DNA from: an uncultured Nitrososphaerales archaeon
GTDB taxonomy: Archaea > Thermoproteota > Nitrososphaeria > Nitrososphaerales > Nitrososphaeraceae
Length of the DNA stretch: 64,000 bases
Assembly: GCA_963841565.1 (NCBI GenBank)
Contig: CAWJCY010000002.1
Coordinates: 1 to 64,000, forward strand
Direction: 5' to 3'
Shown: positions 19,645 to 29,718 of the stretch, piece by piece
How the letters are laid out: each line of letters opens with the position of its first letter
Position numbering within the stretch: the first letter of the stretch is position 1
Made by a program: the position numbers and the translations under genes
The notes under the pieces: generated by a model
What the model was told of the DNA's origin: nothing
Database searches by the model: none
Seen by the model: the letters and a program-made list of their open reading frames with translations, nothing else

Positions 19645-20643
19645 TTATATCTGTGATTTTGGGTATCCTGGCTTTACAAGATCTGCAATGTCAACCCAAC
19701 ACTTAGCAATTCGGTCCAAGGAATAGATACAGTTAAGAATCGATATGTTTGGGTCAGGTTGTGAGCCCTTAGTGGATTTCTCTTTTATAGAAACAGATAG
19801 GTTTGAGAAATTTAGGTACATCTTTACTACTCCCTCGCTCAACAAATTGTCCTTAGCTATAAATGCGCTTATAGATCTGTGCTGCATATTGTCAACGATC
19901 ATGCCCGCTTCCACGATTTCATTTCCAAATCCAGTTCCCCATAATTTGGGTATAGAAGACGAAAATTCTGAGACATAATCTCCAGCACTTTCTAGATGGC
20001 TAGCCGCTACCCTGTAATCGAGTATGTCGATATTACTTAAATTAAGCTTGCGTGCAAGTCGCTGATTTAGTATTGCGCTTCTGATCAGACGAACCAATAA
20101 GAAGTACTGTCTATCGATTTCATCGTCTCTTCTTATTATGAGCTTTATTGGCTTCGTGTCTTTATTCACTATAGCCTTAAGCCCATCCCTCATCATTCCT
20201 TTGATTATTGAGTTCATTCTACGAAGGATCTTGGCGGCATCTAGTGAACTTGCATCAATAAGAAATTGAAAGTTAATGTTGAGGCTATCCTCATCAACAA
20301 TTTCAAGTCCCACTAACTTGCCGGAAGCAGTTAGGATTTTTTCGCGATCTTCATAATCTATTGGGCTTCTAGCCTTGATCCTGATGTTATCATAGCCTAA
20401 TAGATAAGCTCCGAATAACTGGTTAATGAGAATATCCAGAACCCTGGCGGGGTAATCGATGCCAAACCCTCGGATAATTCCATTCCCTTCCTTTGAAGGA
20501 AGAATGGCAATTGAATTATCATTGCTAAGTTCCATTTGAATGGTATCACCTTTCTTGAGTTGATTCTGACGGACCCAATTAGCCGGCAGTGATACAAGCG
20601 TGCTACTTCCTATCTTCTGAAGGCGACGAGCGTACGAGGCCAT
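19645..20643 (-). CDS. phoU: Phosphate uptake regulator (AbrB + PhoU domains)
   Basis: RRLQKIGSSTLVSLP, DDEIDRQYFLLVR. Confidence 0.88.
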   Translation of the reverse strand: MASYARRLQKIGSSTLVSLPANWVRQNQLKKGDTIQMELSNDNSIAILPSKEGNGIIRGFGIDYPARVLDILINQLFGAYLLGYDNIRIKARSPIDYEDREKILTASGKLVGLEIVDEDSLNINFQFLIDASSLDAAKILRRMNSIIKGMMRDGLKAIVNKDTKPIKLIIRRDDEIDRQYFLLVRLIRSAILNQRLARKLNLSNIDILDYRVAASHLESAGDYVSEFSSSIPKLWGTGFGNEIVEAGMIVDNMQHRSISAFIAKDNLLSEGVVKMYLNFSNLSVSIKEKSTKGSQPDPNISILNCIYSLDRIAKCWVDIADLVKPGYPKSQI

Positions 20644-20711
20644 ATAAATTTAAACATATTTAAACTAATTAAACATTATTCTTATATTATCAGTAAATCC
20701 TAAATTAAGTT

Positions 20712-21659
20712 ATGGCTACGTTACTCTCTAATATTGTCGCTACGTCTACGGCATTCAGCCCCGGACACGTGACAGGTATATTTGCTCCTGCAGAACCAAA
20801 GCAAACGGATATTCTTAGCAAGGGTTCAATAGGTGCGGGTTTTTCAATTTCTAATGGTATTACCACTACTGCTAACACTTTTGAAGCTAAAGCCAAGGGC
20901 TATAGTGTTTCCATTGACGGTATTCAGGTGCAAAAAGCGCCAGTGTCAGCATATGTTGCAGAACACTATCTCAATCTAATTGAAGAGCCTATTTTCGTCC
21001 AGATTAGCCACATCACCGAGATACCTATTGGATTTGGTCTTGGCTCAAGTGGCGCTGCAGCACTGAGCCTCTCATACGCCTTAAACGATTCGTTGAATAT
21101 AGGCCTTAGCAAGGTGAAGGCCGCCCAAGTAGCTCATTGTGCCGATATTGCTTGCAAAACGGGGCTAGGAACTGTTGCTGCATTATATGCAGGGGGGTAC
21201 GAAATTCGGTTGAAACCAGGTGCTCCAGGGAAGGGACTGACATTGAGAAAGGAACTTGACGACTACGTTGCGACTATCCTATGTATTTCACCGCTATCAA
21301 CCAATACAATACTTAGCAATCAATTAATGAACATAGGCGATAAGAATTGTTGTTCTAGAGAGCTGTTGAATAGATTGAAGTCAATGGATAACATAGAAGG
21401 ATTTCTGGACGCATCCTTTAGTCTTGCTAGCGCATTGGGCTTGACCAATGGCATTTGTAATGGTCCGATTAGGGCTCTGAAATCTGAAGGATTCAAATGC
21501 AGTACTGCGTTATTTGGTGAAACGGTGTTCACGATTGTACGACGCGAAAAAGCAAAAGAGGTGCAATCATGTTTGAGTAGATTTGAGGGAACGATTATCG
21601 AAGCTAGCATCGATTCGATGGGCGCTAGAATGATATGCGAATGTAAGTATGCGAATTAG
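20712..21659 (+). CDS. pok: Pantoate kinase (GHMP family)
   Basis: [26 protein letters not shown]; CoA cluster context. Confidence 0.9.
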   Translation: MATLLSNIVATSTAFSPGHVTGIFAPAEPKQTDILSKGSIGAGFSISNGITTTANTFEAKAKGYSVSIDGIQVQKAPVSAYVAEHYLNLIEEPIFVQISHITEIPIGFGLGSSGAAALSLSYALNDSLNIGLSKVKAAQVAHCADIACKTGLGTVAALYAGGYEIRLKPGAPGKGLTLRKELDDYVATILCISPLSTNTILSNQLMNIGDKNCCSRELLNRLKSMDNIEGFLDASFSLASALGLTNGICNGPIRALKSEGFKCSTALFGETVFTIVRREKAKEVQSCLSRFEGTIIEASIDSMGARMICECKYAN

Positions 21660-22417
21660 TATACCAAAAGATCATCCAAGAGCAGTGTCTCTAGGAATAA
21701 GAGAAATGATCGTGGATGGACTAAAAGAGGGGCTTGTTGTTGAAGAAGGTCTCATCGCACATGGAAGGGGAGAGACCTTTGACTATCTGATAGGCGAGAA
21801 AACTACACCAAATGCCATCATGGCCATTAACACCGCTGCTGCATTGTTACTTAGTTCCAGGCATCCAGTCATATCTGTTAACGGGAATTTTGCTGCTTTG
21901 TGTGGGAAAGAAATAATAGAGTGTAAGTAGAGCATGCGGGGCACCGATCGAAGTGAATCTATTTTATCATTCAGTGCGCAGAGAGCGTGCGATAAAGAGT
22001 CATCTCGAAAGATTAGGGGCAACAGACGTTTTAGGAGTAGGCAGGAATAGGACTGCAACCATTCCCAACTTGAATGGGGAACGAAAGCGCGTTGATCCAA
22101 GGGGGATAGCGCTTGCCGACACCGTATTTGTTCCTTTAGAAGATGGAGACAGGACCGAAGCCCTGATAAAGATGGGTAAAAAGGTAATAGCAGTTGATTT
22201 AAATCCACTCTCAAGGACTGCAGTCCATGCAACTATCTGCATAGTTGATAACGTTGTCAGAGTAATCCCTATTTTGATTCAGATTATATTGGAGCTTAAA
22301 AACAAGAACAGACATTCTTTAACAAACATGATTAGTAGATTTGACAATTTTAGGAACTTGGATGAAAGCCTAAGACTGATACGTCTCGGAGGTTCTGAGA
22401 TTAGTGCAACCATATAG
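21649..22417 (+). CDS. pps: 4-phosphopantoate--beta-alanine ligase; split by a 1-bp frameshift near 21925
   Basis: [23 protein letters not shown] / [22 protein letters not shown]. Confidence 0.88.
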
Positions 22418-23279
22418 CAGCCAATCTAGGAAGAAAACGGTGTTCGAAATCGTGGATACAAAGAAGAAAGGAGAAAAACTGGCCGTTTTAACTGCATATG
22501 ATTTTTCAATGGCTTCAATTATTGACAGAAATGACATTGACATAATACTCGTAGGAGATAGTGCAGGAATGGTAATGCTCGGATATTCAACCACAAGGCC
22601 AGTAAATATGGCAGAAATGTTACTATTTTGTCGGGCTGTGTCCAATGCTACAAGTAAAGCAATGATAACTGTGGATATGCCATTTGGCTCGTACCAAAAA
22701 AGCATCGACAAGGCCATCTCAAATGCAGTAAGATTGATCAAAGCTGGAGCAGACTCGGTCAAGGTAGAAGGGGGCGAAGAAATTTTTGATCGAATAAAAG
22801 CCCTAGTTAATATAGGAATACCGGTTATGGGACATATAGGATACAAACCTCAGACCTCGAGCATGTGGAATTTTTCAAAGGCTGCTGGAAAAACCAAGGA
22901 AACAGCCCTAAAACTCCTAAATGACGCAAAGGTTATTGAAAAGGCAGGTGCATTCAGCATTGTACTTGAAATGGTAACGACTGAAGCCGCCGATATAATA
23001 ACCAAGAATTTATCGATACCAACTATAGGAATAGGCTCAGGGCCTGTTTGTGATGGTCAAGTATTAGTAACTTATGACATGTTGGGAATCTATCAAAACT
23101 TTAAGCCAAGGTTTGTAAAGAAATATCTGGATCTAAATCAATTAATTACGGCTTCTGTTCAAACTTATTCGCATGAGGTAAAATCAGGAATATTTCCCAG
23201 CAATGAGAATGTTATCCATATGGATCCTAAAGAATACGAAGAATTCTTGAATGAATTCGGTCTTCGAGTTAGCAAATGA
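22404..23279 (+). CDS. panB: Ketopantoate hydroxymethyltransferase
   Basis: LTAYD, LVGDS, DMPFGSY, VKVEGG, GHIG, DGQVLV. Confidence 0.96.
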   Translation: MQPYSSQSRKKTVFEIVDTKKKGEKLAVLTAYDFSMASIIDRNDIDIILVGDSAGMVMLGYSTTRPVNMAEMLLFCRAVSNATSKAMITVDMPFGSYQKSIDKAISNAVRLIKAGADSVKVEGGEEIFDRIKALVNIGIPVMGHIGYKPQTSSMWNFSKAAGKTKETALKLLNDAKVIEKAGAFSIVLEMVTTEAADIITKNLSIPTIGIGSGPVCDGQVLVTYDMLGIYQNFKPRFVKKYLDLNQLITASVQTYSHEVKSGIFPSNENVIHMDPKEYEEFLNEFGLRVSK

Positions 23280-24586
23280 AAAAGCGTCCATATCGTCCAA
23301 CTAGAGACATTTATTGTACTGAAGGAGAGGAGCTGGTAGGCACCCGCATGGTGCTTTGCATTACAGGCAGCGTTGCGGCATACAAGGCCATTGACGTTGC
23401 CAGATTGTTGGTTAAGCATGGAGCTGAAGTCTTCGCAGTTATGAATCATGGGACGTCAAAAATATTCCTTTCCAATGAAATGATGAAATGGGCAACAGGA
23501 AATGATGTAGTTACTGAATTAACTGGTAATTTGGAACATATTTCATTGGGTGATCAAAATACTACCAATATGGTTATAGTTTATCCCTGTACCGCAAATA
23601 CACTTGGAAAATTAGCTAATGGAATAGATGACACGGTTGTGACTTCTGTCCTGACTGTTGCTTTTGGATCCGGTATCCCGATTGTTATCTGTCCTGCGAT
23701 GCACGAAGCAATGTACTACAATAAGATCATACAAGAGAATATCAATAAGCTCAAAGCAAACGGGGTAGAATTTCTGGAGCCGCGGATGGAGCAAGGAAAA
23801 GCCAAACTGATTTCTGGCAACGAACTTCTTCAGTATGTTCAAGACAGTCAATTGGGCAACAACAACAAAAAATTGGCAGGAAAAAGAATCTTAATTACTG
23901 CTGGTAGTACTGCTGAGTACATCGACCCTGTTCGAGCTATCATGAATATGAGTTCTGGAAAAATGGGTATGTCACTTGCAAAGGAGGCATATGATAGAGG
24001 AGCAAGTGTGACATTAGTTTATGGACATGGATCGGTGGATCCTGGCACTTACTTACAGTCTCAGGGCATTGAAATTCAAAGAGTGAATACAGCTCAAGAG
24101 ATGTTTGAATCAGTTATGTTCAAACTATCTGAGAAGAGATTTGACGTAGTTATCCTTACATCAGCCACTTCAGATTTTTCTGTTGCAAAGAAATGGAATA
24201 ACAAAATCGAAAGTTCATTAGGAAAGGTAGATATCACTCTTGTACCAATTGACAAAATTATTTCAAAAGTAAAAAATATTTGTAAATATGACGTTTTCTT
24301 GGTTGGATTTAAGGCTGAGTATAGCGTAGAATCTAGAGTCCTTATTGATAAGGCTTACACTAAATTGCTGGAATCGGGAGCGGATTTAATTGTCGCAAAT
24401 GATGTTGGAAAAAAGAATACAGAATTTGGATCGGAGAATAATGAAGTCTACATAATCGATCGACAAAAGAACATTAAACACTTGCCGATTCAATCAAAAG
24501 CTAAGATTGCAGCACAAATTTTGGATTTGATTGAAACAAAATATCCTTCACCCGAAACTACTAGCCTAAACAGATCAGGTCCTTAG
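23276..24586 (+). CDS. coaBC: Phosphopantothenoylcysteine decarboxylase/ligase
   Basis: TGSVAAYK, PCTANT, PAMH, EYIDPVR, SSGKMG, GFKAE. Confidence 0.96.
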   Translation: MKKRPYRPTRDIYCTEGEELVGTRMVLCITGSVAAYKAIDVARLLVKHGAEVFAVMNHGTSKIFLSNEMMKWATGNDVVTELTGNLEHISLGDQNTTNMVIVYPCTANTLGKLANGIDDTVVTSVLTVAFGSGIPIVICPAMHEAMYYNKIIQENINKLKANGVEFLEPRMEQGKAKLISGNELLQYVQDSQLGNNNKKLAGKRILITAGSTAEYIDPVRAIMNMSSGKMGMSLAKEAYDRGASVTLVYGHGSVDPGTYLQSQGIEIQRVNTAQEMFESVMFKLSEKRFDVVILTSATSDFSVAKKWNNKIESSLGKVDITLVPIDKIISKVKNICKYDVFLVGFKAEYSVESRVLIDKAYTKLLESGADLIVANDVGKKNTEFGSENNEVYIIDRQKNIKHLPIQSKAKIAAQILDLIETKYPSPETTSLNRSGP

Positions 24587-25674
24587 GAAAGCTATTTAAA
24601 TTAGCGACCGTGTTTCTAATCCTGGGACTGTCGTCTTTGTCGTTCGCAGTTTTGACTATGACGCTGTCCTCAATTCGCACCCCAAACCTTCCATTTATAT
24701 ATACACCTGGTTCAATCGTGATACACATTCCTGGCTTTACCTTCTCTTTTCCAGTTTTGCTGATCCAAGGTAATTCATGCACTTCCAATCCTATTCCATG
24801 GCCTGTCGAGTGTACGAATTTACTTCCATATCCTCTATTAATAACTAGATTTCTGCATGCCAGATCAACATGCCCAAAATCTGGGGCTGAGCGCAATGAG
24901 TCCAAACCGGTTTGCTGTGCATCCTTTACACATTCGTAGACTTGCTTTATTTCGTCAGTCGCATGACCAATAACAAATGTTCGAGTTGCATCAGCCACGT
25001 ATCCCCGATACTGAACTACCAGATCGACAATTACCGTATCCTCTCTTGAAAATGGTCGTGTAGTAATCTCAGAATGAGGAAAGGCGAGCGTTAGGGCCAC
25101 CAGCAATAATAAACGGATATCGAGTACTCTTGTATGAGACCAGTGTTCCTCCAAGAAGATAAGTTTCAGACACAAGCAATGCCATTAATTCAATTTCTGT
25201 TTTATTCTCCCTAATTTGTTCAGTGCTTAAATTGAATAAGCGATCAATAATTTTTGCAGATTTAGAGATATTTTCCTGCTCATTAGGATCCTTTATGATT
25301 CGACTCATGGTGAAGGGTTTGTTATTTACTATTACATTCCTTTCGCCAAGTTTTTCAGCCATCATCTTAATAGTATGAAAATCAGTACGATCTGTACATA
25401 CTGATTTCCCTGCCAATTCGTCAATTACACGTAAAAGCATGTCTTTTCCTCTTTCTGCAGATATTACCTCACATGAGAGCGCGGCTTCTTCAGCTCTATC
25501 CGTCTCAAGAGCAGGAGTAATAATCTTGGTACTTTCTCCAGAACAAATGCCTACCGACTCTCCCCAAAAACCTGTAAGATAAAATGTGTTTTCAGGATTA
25601 AACGATACCACTGTACTACAACCAATCTTCTCTGCGTTATCCAATACTCGCTTCCTATGATCCTTTATCAGCAT
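24561..25674 (-). CDS. pepQ: Xaa-Pro peptidase (M24B); split by a 1-bp frameshift near 25085
   Basis: YLTGFWG; AFPH, DATRT, HSTGHGIGLEVHE, TIEPGVY, GVRIED. Confidence 0.88.
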
Positions 25675-25763
25675 GATTATATTGTTACGTACCTCAATAA
25701 GCAATTAGGTAATAAACGTAATTCTATAAATAACGGAAGATGCTCCACGATATTGAGACCTAA

Positions 25764-26903
25764 ATGGAATATCTGGTAATGCTCCCTGGGCCCACAAACG
25801 TACCAGGCAGAGTAATGAATGCTATGCTTACCCCCATAATTAATCATAGAAGTGACGACTTTCGAAGCCTCTACAGGGACGTAGTGAATAAGACCCAGCG
25901 CGTGTTTCAGACCTCAAATGATGTAGTTGTTCTAACTGCTTCAGGCACAGGCGCGGTAGAAGCATCAGTTATCAATCTAGTCAAGAAGGGCGACAATATC
26001 ATAATTCCTGTCAATGGGGAATTTGGCGGCAGATTGGCTGACCTCATTGAAAATTGGGGCGGCAATTCCATTCGGATAAATTCGAAATTTGGAGAGAATC
26101 CACCTCTTGAACAAATAGAGGACGCATTTGAGACAAATAAGGACATAAAAGCGCTCTATGCGGTATATAATGAGACTTCAACTGGTACAACCCTGAGATA
26201 TTTAGAAAAGCTTGGAGAACTTTGTTCAAAGTATGGGTCCCTCTTCATTGTAGACGCGGTTTCTATTTTAGGAGGGGACGAACTTCCAGTTGACAAATGG
26301 GGAATAGACGTGTGCATGACTGCTTCGCAAAAGGCTCTCGCCGCACCACCAGGTGTTGCGCCTATATCCATTAGCGCCAAGGCAAAGAAACAGATGATCG
26401 AAAGCCCTCCTCCAACCCAATACTTCAACTTAAAAAGATATTTCAAATATTTCGGAGACAGTGGGGAAACTCCGTTTACTCCTGCATTGCCCCTATTGTT
26501 CGCTTACAGAGAGGCTTTGGAGATGGTATTGGAAGAGGGACTAGATCAGAGAATTGAGCGTCATAGGAGGTGCGCCAATGCATTTTACACCGGCCTGAGT
26601 GAGTTAGGGTTCACTCCTTTCGCTCATCCAGAAGCAAGGAGCAATGTGGTAATAGCCTTTAATTACATACCCGGGATCGAAGATAAGGCATTCAGAAAAA
26701 TACTTGGAGAACATTTTCGAGTTCTAATTGCTGGAGGTTTCGGCGAGTTGAAAGGAAAGGTTTTTAGGATAGGGTCTATGGGTGAGGTAGATCGCTATCA
26801 TGTAATTAGAACTTTGTCATCTATCGCATCGACTTTGAAAATGATGGGTATTCAAACCAAATCCGAAGCCATACCTATCGCGATGAAAGCCTTGAATGTT
26901 TAA
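25764..26903 (+). CDS. Class V aminotransferase (alanine-glyoxylate/serine-pyruvate family)
   Basis: MLPGPT, NETSTG, VDAVS, ASQKAL, FRIGSMG. Confidence 0.93.
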   Translation: MEYLVMLPGPTNVPGRVMNAMLTPIINHRSDDFRSLYRDVVNKTQRVFQTSNDVVVLTASGTGAVEASVINLVKKGDNIIIPVNGEFGGRLADLIENWGGNSIRINSKFGENPPLEQIEDAFETNKDIKALYAVYNETSTGTTLRYLEKLGELCSKYGSLFIVDAVSILGGDELPVDKWGIDVCMTASQKALAAPPGVAPISISAKAKKQMIESPPPTQYFNLKRYFKYFGDSGETPFTPALPLLFAYREALEMVLEEGLDQRIERHRRCANAFYTGLSELGFTPFAHPEARSNVVIAFNYIPGIEDKAFRKILGEHFRVLIAGGFGELKGKVFRIGSMGEVDRYHVIRTLSSIASTLKMMGIQTKSEAIPIAMKALNV

Positions 26904-26963
26904 AGGCAAATCTCTAGCAAGGAACACTCAAACTTAATATATGGTACTTCGATAGCGACATGT

Positions 26964-27812
26964 ATGCCCTTAGAGAAAGGTTCGCTCATACTCTTAGATT
27001 ACACAGCTAAGATAAAGGATACTAATAATATAATTGAAACCACCATTGAAGAGGATGCCAAAAAATCTGGCACACATGATCCTTCCCGCAAATATGAACC
27101 GAAGTTAATCTCTGTAGGGGAAGGCTGGGTCTTGAAGGGACTGGACGAAGCTCTCTCCACAGCAAATGAAGGTGAAAAGATAGACGTGGAAATATCGCCA
27201 GATAAGGGCTTTGGCGAAAGAGATCCTAGTAAAATCCGGATGATTCCTCAAAGGAAGCTTGGTGACAAGGCGGATGAGGTCTCTATTGGCGATGAGATCG
27301 AAATAGAAAAACGAAAGGGCATAGTCAGGTATGTAGGTTCAGGTAGAGTTCAACTAGATTTCAATCATAGGTATGCCGGTAGAGTTCTACTCTACAATAT
27401 CAATGTGGTAAAGAAGATTCAGACAGATGATGATAAAATAAAATCATTGACTAGAAGGTGGATACCTCTAAAAGAAGATAAGATCAAATTTGAAATGAAA
27501 GGTCCGATTCTTGAACTGATCCTCCCGGAGGAAACTTTCCTTTTGGACGGAATACAAATCATAAAGGGGGCAGTTTCAAATGAAATTTTCAAGTATGTTC
27601 CTTCAATAACATCAGTCAGATTCATCGAAGAATACGTCAGTCGAGAAAATGTTAAAAAGGACAACAATATTGAAGAGCAAGGAAGCAAGAAGGTAGAAGA
27701 GCAAGGAAGCAAGAAGGTAGAAGAGCAAGGAAGCAAGAAGGTAGAAGAGCAAGGAAGCAAGAAGGTAGAAGAGCAAGGAAGCAAGAAGGTAGAAGAGCAA
27801 GGAAGCAAATAG
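26964..27812 (+). CDS. Long-type FKBP peptidyl-prolyl isomerase with C-terminal EEQGSKKV repeats
   Basis: LDYTAK, GLDEAL, GFGERD, DFNHRYAG. Confidence 0.92.
   Translation: MPLEKGSLILLDYTAKIKDTNNIIETTIEEDAKKSGTHDPSRKYEPKLISVGEGWVLKGLDEALSTANEGEKIDVEISPDKGFGERDPSKIRMIPQRKLGDKADEVSIGDEIEIEKRKGIVRYVGSGRVQLDFNHRYAGRVLLYNINVVKKIQTDDDKIKSLTRRWIPLKEDKIKFEMKGPILELILPEETFLLDGIQIIKGAVSNEIFKYVPSITSVRFIEEYVSRENVKKDNNIEEQGSKKVEEQGSKKVEEQGSKKVEEQGSKKVEEQGSKKVEEQGSK
27672..27809 (+). repeat. Perfect 24-bp coding tandem repeat GAAGAGCAAGGAAGCAAGAAGGTA, ~5.7 copies
   Basis: Read directly. Confidence 0.97.
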
Positions 27813-27854
27813 AATCTCACGTACCCTTTGTGCGGCCTACTCGTCCTATGCGGC

Positions 27855-28919
27855 TCAAATCACTTTTGCCGCTTTTGCAAGACTAGTTGCCTTAACTTTG
27901 TCTAATTTTTCTTTGTTAAGGATAGTAAATCTGTCCGGTCGTAAAGAACTTGCTAATACCAGCGATTGCACCACTTCATTTTCGGTCAAATTGATCTGTT
28001 TTCCTCTTGTTGGAGCACCAAATAAAGCCAAAGTCTCGACTATCTTTTCCCAATCTAACCCATGTAACTTAGCCATCATAATCGTCCCAATGCCGACTCG
28101 TTCTCCGTGAAGTCCAGAATTCTTACCGGCCACATATTCGACAGCGTGACTAAATAGATGCTCCGACCCAGAGCAGGGTCTGCTGCTTCCTGCAATGCAG
28201 GACGCTACCCCTGCGCTTATCAGAGCCTCTACTACGGTCCTTAATCCATACAAATTATCCTTCACAAGATTTTGACCTTCGTCGAGAATTATTTTTGCAC
28301 TCAGGTATGCAAGATTCGCAGCATATGTTCCATAATATTCATTTACTTCGTCTCTGGCAAGTTCCCAATCCTTGACAGCTGTTATCTTACCAACAAGATC
28401 TCCACAGCCGCTTATCATCAAACGACGTGGAGCTTTTGACATCAGTTCGACATCCGCCAATACGCCAATAGGAGTTTTTGCCTTTATAGAATACGGTTTG
28501 TCTGATCCCTTCATAGAAACGAAAGGGCTTGATATCCCATCGTGCGAAGCGGAGGTAGGGACGCTTATGAAAGACTTACCTAAATTATATGCTGTCATCT
28601 TGGCGAGGTCGACTGAACGCCCTCCGCCTTGTCCAACTATTACGTCAGGGGAATACCGCTTTAGTGCTCTAGCTAATTTTTCCGCTTCATTGATAGTAGC
28701 GTCTGCGGCTACAAACCATTTGTATTCGCTCAAATCTGCATCTTTCAAGGACTTTTGAGAAATTACTTGGGTCCTCTCCTTCACAATCTCACCGCTGATA
28801 AATGCTACTCGTGAAAAATTATGGTCAAGCTGCTGAATAAAATTACCTAGTCCCACAATAACAGTTGATCCTATCAATATCTTCCTCGGCAATTCCATCA
28901 AATGCGATTCCTGGGTCAA
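27855..28919 (-). CDS. egsA: sn-glycerol-1-phosphate dehydrogenase
   Basis: GGGRSVD, PTSASHDG, SRPCSGSEHLFSHA, LHGE. Confidence 0.96.
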   Translation of the reverse strand: MTQESHLMELPRKILIGSTVIVGLGNFIQQLDHNFSRVAFISGEIVKERTQVISQKSLKDADLSEYKWFVAADATINEAEKLARALKRYSPDVIVGQGGGRSVDLAKMTAYNLGKSFISVPTSASHDGISSPFVSMKGSDKPYSIKAKTPIGVLADVELMSKAPRRLMISGCGDLVGKITAVKDWELARDEVNEYYGTYAANLAYLSAKIILDEGQNLVKDNLYGLRTVVEALISAGVASCIAGSSRPCSGSEHLFSHAVEYVAGKNSGLHGERVGIGTIMMAKLHGLDWEKIVETLALFGAPTRGKQINLTENEVVQSLVLASSLRPDRFTILNKEKLDKVKATSLAKAAKVI

Positions 28920-29718
28920 GGGTAAGCTATCACAAAGCTACTTTACCATCACTTTATCCTATCTATAACCGTATCTGGAGGAATTGGCTGTGTAGAATTG
29001 TACTTATGCTCTGAAGGTTCCTTCATTTAACACTTTGGAGTCTGAGTAGTTTTACAGTGGGGAAATGATTTGAAATTTTACCTTCAAAAATATAATTGCA
29101 TACTAAACTAGTTGGAACCTGCTTGATTTCTAAGAATCATGTTCCTCAGTCGAAGATTGTTATTGTACTAAAGGATCGGATCCCATCCAATGTTATTTAA
29201 AATACAATTTGAACTAACCCAAATTCGCTGAATTCAACACATAAGTACCTGCCAACACTAACAAATAGTTATTTCACGAATTTTACGTATTTTGACCTTG
29301 GACTGTTCGAATGTAGTCATTAGTTCCTAGTGACATGTCTCATATTCACTCGCTCTGAAGATTCCAATGATTTGCAAGCAACTAGTCCCAGATACTCGAC
29401 CTTCCTTTTGGGAATATTTTCCAATAACTGCAATGCCTATATCGACGCAGTGGCCTCGTTAGACATCTCTACTTGCATATTGAAATGACTGCGAATCCAA
29501 GTATAGTTCTTCTCTGTGGTTATGTGGTTCATTCAGAGCGTTCATAAATTCTACAATGGTCGAACATCTAGAACGGAAATAGAATTAAACTTGATTCAGA
29601 TACGACCCTTTCCAAGCCATAGTCGAATTACTTCGAATCGTTAATAGCTGATTGTTGAATTCTGCTTGAACGTTTAACGTCAAGCATATATATGCATAGG
29701 TGCGAACGATGATAGCCT

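Noticed and set aside
28949-29026. 25-aa ORF upstream of egsA
   Set aside because: Too short, with no motif support.
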